From positions 496,001 through 560,000 of the forward strand of contig NW_019028982.1 in assembly GCF_002105155.1 (NCBI RefSeq): a DNA stretch of 64,000 nt, read 5' to 3'. Below are positions 57,159 through 64,000 of this stretch, in pieces; position 1 is the first letter of the stretch; each line of letters begins with the position of its first letter. The translations under genes were made by a program, and so were the position numbers. This DNA comes from Lobosporangium transversale (taxonomy: Eukaryota). The notes under the pieces were generated by a model. The model saw nothing but the letters and a program-made list of their open reading frames with translations, did not search any database and was not told where the DNA came from.

Positions 57159-58983
57159 TCATCGGCCAAACCGTCCGAAAAACCACTTCCTTTTGGGCTT
57201 GTTGACACCAGGTGCTACAGTTGACTTTACATTCTCTCGTTGGACCCGTGCTTGCTCAGTGGCGCGTTGGATGATATTTTCGTACCATTCCTCTAAGGTT
57301 CGTCCGTTCAAGAACGCAACGATGATCATGGTCATGTTATCTGTGCCTGTGTAATTAAGAGGAGTGACCTCTTTGGGTAGACATTGATCCATCAGTCTTT
57401 CGCAGATTGTCTCTAGTGGGACTTTCTCAACAACTCTATTACGAACAAAGTCCACCACTCTTTGTGCACCTATGCAGTCCCATATGCCTTTACTCACACA
57501 CGCAATTTTAATAAATATAAAAATAAAAGAAGACAAAAATTGATTATTCATAAATCTTGATAAGGTCCTGTCCTTTTCTTTTTCTTCCCGTTTTTCGCTT
57601 TTACCATCGCAAGCAAGGACCATGAATTCATCCTTCTCGGTTAGTTCGCGCTCCATGACATCGGGTATTGCTGACAAGGTAAACATAATGAGTCAGAGAA
57701 AAAAAAAAAAGAAAAATGGCTAAAACATTAGGTATTTTTTATCTAGAAATACAGATGCCTTCCCTTTTTTTTTTTTTTTTTTTTATACGGATTTATTTTA
57801 TCCTTCAATACCGATGACAATTTGCTGATCAGGGTCGAGCATCTCATTTGACTTGTAATCGAAATCTCCGAAGGCTCGAGAAAGGGCCAAGGAGCCATTG
57901 ACCCTACCGGAAGAGACATAGCCTCCAGCATTGTTGATCCTAATAGACTCATCTGATAAAAAAGAAAACGATATAGGTGGGCATGGGGCGGGGATAGGAG
58001 GAAAAAGAAAAAAAAAAAAAAACATTATCTACCTATGTTATCAGGCTTGTGTTCGTGTGACAAGGAAATGAATTTTCCATCACAGCTTAGGATTGCACGA
58101 GAATCGCCTAGGTTTCCCTAAGTGTCAGTTAATATACAAGTAAAAAAATTATGTCAAGGAATGGTACTTTTAAATATAATGGAAAGTCACCCTTTGGGCA
58201 TTTCAATGTGAAAGTTGATATATACTTGACAGTATTACTTACAACATAAAGAATGTTTTCATTGTTGATCATGGCAGTAATAGCTGTGCATCCCGAAGGT
58301 TTGCTACGTGCTTCTGGATCTTTTTTTTTTTTTTTTTTTTTTGTGATTTTTGGTTAATAGATAAAACTACATTTGTCTTGTTTAAAATAAATGTACAAAA
58401 ATAGCATTCGAATTCTCATCCATACTATCTCGGAGAGCTTGGTCCATGGTCAGGAATCCATCCTTGAACGCACTTTTAAGATCGCCTTTAACGAATGTAG
58501 GCTCAGAAATAATCTTTTTGTGGAGGTCCTTGCTACAGATCCTAGCAACCTCAGAACCTTTTTTTTTTTGATTATTTTTTTTATAAGGCGAATTTTCATT
58601 AGCCACTCATCAATAATAGAAAAAAAAAAGAAATTGAAGATTCTTTACTCTTTTCTTTTATAAAATTTACCTCCATGACCGTCATAAACTGCAAAAAATG
58701 CTATCCCCTCAGTGCTTTCGACAGCCAGCAGTGTTGTATGTGCATCATCCATTGCTATAGAGTTGGTTTTTTTTATTTTTATTTTTTTTATTTCGTTAGT
58801 GTACAATTAGAACACTAGCCCCACCATCCACCGGTCTATCAGGCTCGATCTTCCAAATAAACGCAATGTCCCTCCCTTACTAGTACGCCATCCCTGCATA
58901 GCAGATGCACCATATGCAAAGCGCTCGTTTTTCCCACAGGTTGAGTGCTTCTCGGTTACAGGAGCAGAGAGGATTTGGCCCAT
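57159..58983 (-). CDS. Protein phosphatase 2C, Ptc2/Ptc3-like (many short exons)
   Basis: MGQILSAPV (myristoylation-type start), [47 protein letters not shown] and DNMT spread over exons. Confidence 0.92.
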
Positions 58984-59253
58984 TGTTGAAATGAACTGGA
59001 AACGAATGAAAAGAAATGGAGAACAATAAGGTTCAAGGGCGAAGGGCGAAAGGCGAAGGGCGAAGGGCGGGGGGGCTAAAACTGCTGATTTTGGTGGTGC
59101 ATCGCCACCAAAACCCATGACGCACAGAAATTTAAATCATGTGACTTATATGTCTGTATTATCCAGCCAATCAGCGTTGCTTGCGATGATGCACATATAA
59201 ATAGATGAAGAATCTTGCAAATCAATCATTTTAGTCTTTCAGGACTTTCAAAC

Positions 59254-61086
59254 ATGGCTCTCCATCCTTTTGACATTCCTCATATTCTAGAGAATGTTTC
59301 TCAATACCTATCGTCCCATGAGTTGGTGCAATGTGTTTTGGTTTGCAAGGATTGGTCTCAATATTTCACCTCGTTCCTTTGGCAGGAAGTAGACGCGTGG
59401 CAGATATCAACCGAGGTTCAGCTCACTGCGCTGCACCGCCATCAAGTCCATGTGCATACACTCAATGGCTTCCCCCACGTCAAAGGCATATCTGCCGAAA
59501 CATTCCATCAAAGCTGGCCCTTCCCTAATCTCCGGAAGGTGGTATATCGGCCACGCAAGGCATCCCATTTTAGGCCATCAATGACTCTGGTACTGCAGTG
59601 CTTATCTCACCTAGAGTCAGTGGAGACACTTGAGCTGGGTGAATTGTTTAAAATCAACAACAGCAGTGGCAGCAAGAAAGACACCAAAAAGAGCGTTTTC
59701 GCGGCTATTAGCGACAGCAAAAACATCCTGAAGGAAAGGGCCGAAGTGTGCAACGAATTGTTCAACCTCCTTACAAAATCACTGCCTAAACTAAAAAACT
59801 TTTCGCTACTTCGCACAGAGTTTTATCCAGAATTCATACCGCGCATCTTGGAAGCTTGTTGGGACTGTCCAAATGTTTCCTTTGAGTTTATTCGGACACG
59901 GTTGGATATGACTCCGTTTCAAGCGGAGGCAACTATGAGGGTGATTGAGGATATGCCTCCAGCTAATATTGAAAGGCTTCATTTGAGTTGCGGCAAAATG
60001 ACAGGCTTCTTTGGCATGTTTCCGTTCCTAGAGATATTGAGAGCTTGCCCAGATTTAGAGGAATTGAAGATCACTGGAAAGACTCAGTCCTACGATTTGC
60101 GAAGCTTGAGAGAATTGTTCAAAGAAAAGCATTTCGCGCGACTTAAGCACCTACACTTGGACACCTATGATTGGGTTGACAGCCATGAGCCATTTCTGAT
60201 CGACCTGTTCAAATTCTCAGGACAATGCTCTTCTTGTAGAAGCAGTAGCAGCAACAATGATCACATCCTGAGCCGCGACAACGATGAGAACTACGATAGT
60301 TGTGGTGAAACTAAGGATTGTGAAAACTGTGGTGGCGGACTTGAATCTCTAACAGCATTGACGCGTGTAGCAAGCACGCGGGCTCTTGTGGAGTATCATT
60401 CTGCCACACTTACCAAGCTTAAGCTCGAAGACTGTTCGATCGAAGTGCTTTCGATTGTCCTCAATGGTTTGCCGAATCTTAAGGCTTTGGAGGCTTATGT
60501 GTATCTTGGGAAAGATGCGGAAGAACAAGTTGATGAACTCATTGTAGATAGTGTGGAGTCATCCCCATCATGGGCATGGTGTGGATTGAAGACTTTGACA
60601 CTACAAATAAGCTCGTCTGGTATAAAGTTCCCAAAGCATTTACCCAGCAACATTGATTCATGGACCGAATTATTAGAGGCGGAATCGCGACTCAAATTAC
60701 TCTTCTCAATTCTGGGTAAATTGGAACAAGTTGAGAAGCTCTTTCTTCGACCTGATCAAGACGAGGATAAAAGTGTTGATCTTGCCGAGATTTTTCTACT
60801 CAGACGTGGGCTCCTGCAACGACTCAAGTCACTCAAACAATTGGAAGAACTCCGTTTTGGAGATGCTTCATCTCTCGATCTGGGTGAGTGTGAAGCTAGA
60901 TGGTTCGCAGAGAACTGGCCAAGCCTGAAAGCGATCACGCAGGACTATTTTGATGAAGCGGGGATTGCATTTAAAGAGAAGATGGCCATTCTACGGCCAC
61001 GTGTAATTGTATCATCATGGTTTGACTCAAAGGCCAAAGGCAACACTAAAGTTAAAAGAGAAAGAAAGAAAGCGCCAGCAATGTGA
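59254..61086 (+). CDS. F-box / LRR-like protein
   Basis: PFDIPHILENVSQYLSSHELVQCVLVCKDWSQYFTSFLW. CPDLEEL, LPNLKAL and EARWFAENWPSL. Confidence 0.82.
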   Translation: MALHPFDIPHILENVSQYLSSHELVQCVLVCKDWSQYFTSFLWQEVDAWQISTEVQLTALHRHQVHVHTLNGFPHVKGISAETFHQSWPFPNLRKVVYRPRKASHFRPSMTLVLQCLSHLESVETLELGELFKINNSSGSKKDTKKSVFAAISDSKNILKERAEVCNELFNLLTKSLPKLKNFSLLRTEFYPEFIPRILEACWDCPNVSFEFIRTRLDMTPFQAEATMRVIEDMPPANIERLHLSCGKMTGFFGMFPFLEILRACPDLEELKITGKTQSYDLRSLRELFKEKHFARLKHLHLDTYDWVDSHEPFLIDLFKFSGQCSSCRSSSSNNDHILSRDNDENYDSCGETKDCENCGGGLESLTALTRVASTRALVEYHSATLTKLKLEDCSIEVLSIVLNGLPNLKALEAYVYLGKDAEEQVDELIVDSVESSPSWAWCGLKTLTLQISSSGIKFPKHLPSNIDSWTELLEAESRLKLLFSILGKLEQVEKLFLRPDQDEDKSVDLAEIFLLRRGLLQRLKSLKQLEELRFGDASSLDLGECEARWFAENWPSLKAITQDYFDEAGIAFKEKMAILRPRVIVSSWFDSKAKGNTKVKRERKKAPAM

Positions 61087-63222
61087 ACTGGCTACTACTT
61101 TGCTTCAGATGTCTTGGATGCTTTACTCGAATATTATAGTGATTGAAACACCAAAGGCACATGGAAAATAAATGTTGAATTTGGCATGACTTTTGATCGG
61201 CGTTTGATATTGCTGTAAAGGCCTGTGCAAGCTCTACTGTGCTCTCGAATTAGTGAATGATCCTCAATCTCCTCCACAGTTATCTAGTCTTAATTGATCT
61301 TCTTCTTCTGTCGGGAACTCGGTGGTGGACTTTTTACGTTTTGAATCAATCAGCCCTATCACAAACTTTGTTGGATTGCAAGCCCGCTGTTGGCCTGGTG
61401 ATGCAAAATCGAATAATATCCCGGCTGCTCAGGCTACTCTAAAAAAATACGTCTTTCATCAATGCCTTGGCCTCCGTATTGTCTTTTGCTGTTATGATGG
61501 ATGAGCATAGTGTTTTTGAAAAATGTGCTCAGTCAGTGGAACTTTAAAAACAATTAGTGCAAAGCTCAAATGACTTGTGATGCTTCATCGGATTTGTAGA
61601 GGAAAGTGTTATCTACTGTACACAGTAATCAATCAATTCTACGGAAATACTTTTGACCAAGATGGTCTTGTTGCAAAGCATCTCAATTTTATCAGCTTAC
61701 TGTATTAGATGAGATGGCTGCTGCAGAGGTAAATGCTATCTTGAGCTCCAATCATCAGTAACGTTCCTATTGAGTACTCGACTCTTTTTGGAACATCACT
61801 TCGTAACGTTCACTACTTTTAATGCCGGCAGGCGTTCAACCAAGTGCCTTTTAATCCTCTTTAATAGGACCCTGAATCTCAGAGCAAGTTCCTCCTGGCA
61901 CCTTCTCAAGTCCTAAAAGCATAAAATACAATGTTGGTTTCAGTATTGACTTTATTCATGATAACGAAGGCATTGGTCAACGTCAGTCAACAGATAGTTA
62001 CTAATGAAAGAATAAATGGCCATCACAGGAAATCAATTCACTATGGATACTTTGCAAGCTACACTTGCCATCTGATCGAGAGCTGTTTTACTTACTTTTC
62101 CAAATGATACTTTATCGATACAAGAGGTTGGTGTCGACGTTGGAGTATGAGCATTTGGAACGGTCTCCAGGGTTCAAATGATTGAAGGAATTAAGTTTTA
62201 CCGATATTTTTTCTCCTCGTAATTGGAGATCGAATCATCGAAGCAAACCGGTTGTACTTGAATAAGATCAACTTGAGAAATATTTACTGATGGTGCTGTG
62301 GATTGCAATGAGCTTAAAGAGCTTAAAGAGGGGATGGAAGCTCTATGACTATGGTTTAGGGGAACGACTTTCTTGTAAAAAAAAAAAAAGTAGAGTTAAG
62401 TAAGCCAGGGATCTCAGGGGCAATCAAATATTATTGTTTCCAGAATAACGGATTGTCATTGGGCAGAGCACGGTGTGCGTACAACAGCCCTTCACATTGT
62501 GGATGGCACCCCTTTTTTCTCTGGCATGGCACACAGACACAGGCACAGACAATTTCTTGTATTGACAAATGAGCAAAATGATGACGAGCAGATAAAAGAC
62601 CGAGTGTTGTTCGTCATGCTTGTCATGCTGTGCTCATCAGTGCTCTTGTTTGTACTCACTCTTCCTCCCATCCTTTTCTTTAACCCTTTTCTAGTTTCTA
62701 GCCCCTACATTCGTTGCATGTAGACACATGCTTGCGCACACATGCAACAGCTCATGTCCATTTGCCAGGAGTTGACATTGCACTTCCGCTGAAAAAGCAA
62801 AAAAGGGGACAGTGGTTATTGTTTTTTGTCAACATGTCAATATGCACTTATCAGCTGAGACAACGTTGAAACGAGAGTGTGCATTGTCCAATTGTGTATG
62901 TAGAGGATGCATAAAAAAAAAAAAAAAATTTACCCTGCTCTATATACCCTCTTTGTCCTTCACTCTCTTTACCCTTTTTACCTTCTCTCTTTCTTTTTTT
63001 GCACCTTGCTCGACCTTTCCTCTCCAATAACCTCAGTTGTGCCTGTTGTTTTCTTCCATGGTGTCGTTTTGCTTTTGAGATTATACCCAATACAACACTC
63101 AATTGAAAAAATTGCCAATATAATAATAATAATAAGAATAGTAATATCAATAATAACAATATTAAGCAGCAACTACACCATCTACCGTATTAACTTTTGT
63201 CGTACATTTCGACATACTTTCA

Positions 63223-64000
63223 ATGCCAGTCTACTCAAACCCTGACGGACTTGTGGCTGACTTTTTACGTCTCGTCAACTCACCTCTTGGTGCAGATGTG
63301 CGTTTTATTGTCGGTAAGTTTATAAAGGCGACAGAAGAAAGAAAAGACTTCCTTATTCTCAACAAAATATGGCGCCTGTCCCCCATCCTCTTCCTCCTCT
63401 TCCTCCACCTTCCTCCTCCTCCTCCTTTTCTTCTTATTCTTCTATCTTGTCCACTCAAACGCACACGCCTTCTCTTCCTTCTTCCTTCGCCTTCCCGTCT
63501 ACTGTTTTATTTCCTATTCTAATGGACTTGACTCTGTCTTCGCTTATGCAATGTTCTTTACTGCTCAAAAAAAAAAAAAAAAAAAAAAAAAATAGGGGAG
63601 GAAAAGGTGGTCATGCATGCCCACTCTTTGATCTTGCAGGCCAGAAGTAGTTACTTTGCACGCGCATTGAACAGTGACTGGAAGGAATCCAATCAAGGCG
63701 TGATCTACAAACCCAACATCCGCCCCGCCGTCTTTGAACGTGTTTTGCAATACATCTATGGTGCAAAAATCATAATCGATGATGGGAACGATGAGATGAT
63801 CATGGAGCTCATCAAGGCTGCTGATGAACTCTCTCTCGAAGATTTACTACATGGATGCGAAGAGCATGCGTCGTCTACTATCTGTCGGACCAACGTACTG
63901 GATATGGTCCATCTAGCCTCTCAACATAACTTGAAACAGCTCAAGCCAGAATGTCTGGACTTTATTGCCATGAACATTGACTATTTGAAGAGAGGAAAGC
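63223..64000 (+). CDS. BTB/POZ(-BACK) domain protein, partial
   Basis: Exon 63223-63313 (ADVRFIVG), intron 63314-63595, then AHSLILQARSSYF...WKES...FERVLQYIYG...AADELSL...CLDFI, running off the window. Confidence 0.9.

Noticed and set aside
61150..62330. Possible degenerate spliced gene on the - strand
   Set aside because: Exon-like pieces do not assemble into a consistent frame; no motifs.

Overview
Intron-containing, homopolymer-rich fungal DNA; the gene families suggest Mortierellaceae/Mucoromycota (inference). Host genes: five F-box/LRR-like genes, a DHX16/Prp2-type splicing helicase, a multi-DUF3712 (Tag1-like) membrane protein, an ML/NPC2-like lipid-binding protein, a secreted PA-domain subtilisin, a ubiquitin-like/Zn/RING-H2 fusion, a Ptc2/3-like PP2C, a BTB protein and small orphan ORFs. 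Two mobile systems stand out. (1) Positions 1-8783 look like one end of a large AcademH-like DNA transposon: an intact 3-exon DUF6589-type transposase, a terminus reading TAGGCTCGTACCC at 8783, and at least three extra cargo ORFs. A 96-bp mini-element with a 9-bp TSD at 16680-16775 appears derived from that terminus. (2) An apparently intact DIRS1-like tyrosine-recombinase retrotransposon at 18903-23256 has ITRs, an ICR and a 10-bp crossover core at both ends. It uses all three + frames, with a 1264-codon YR frame overlapping gag and pol, and has a candidate -1 frameshift signal (U-run plus 9-bp hairpin) linking gag to RT. Also present: a pogo-like MITE and Tc1/IS630, Helitron and probable hAT remnants. 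Family assignments are from motif recognition only; no searches were run.
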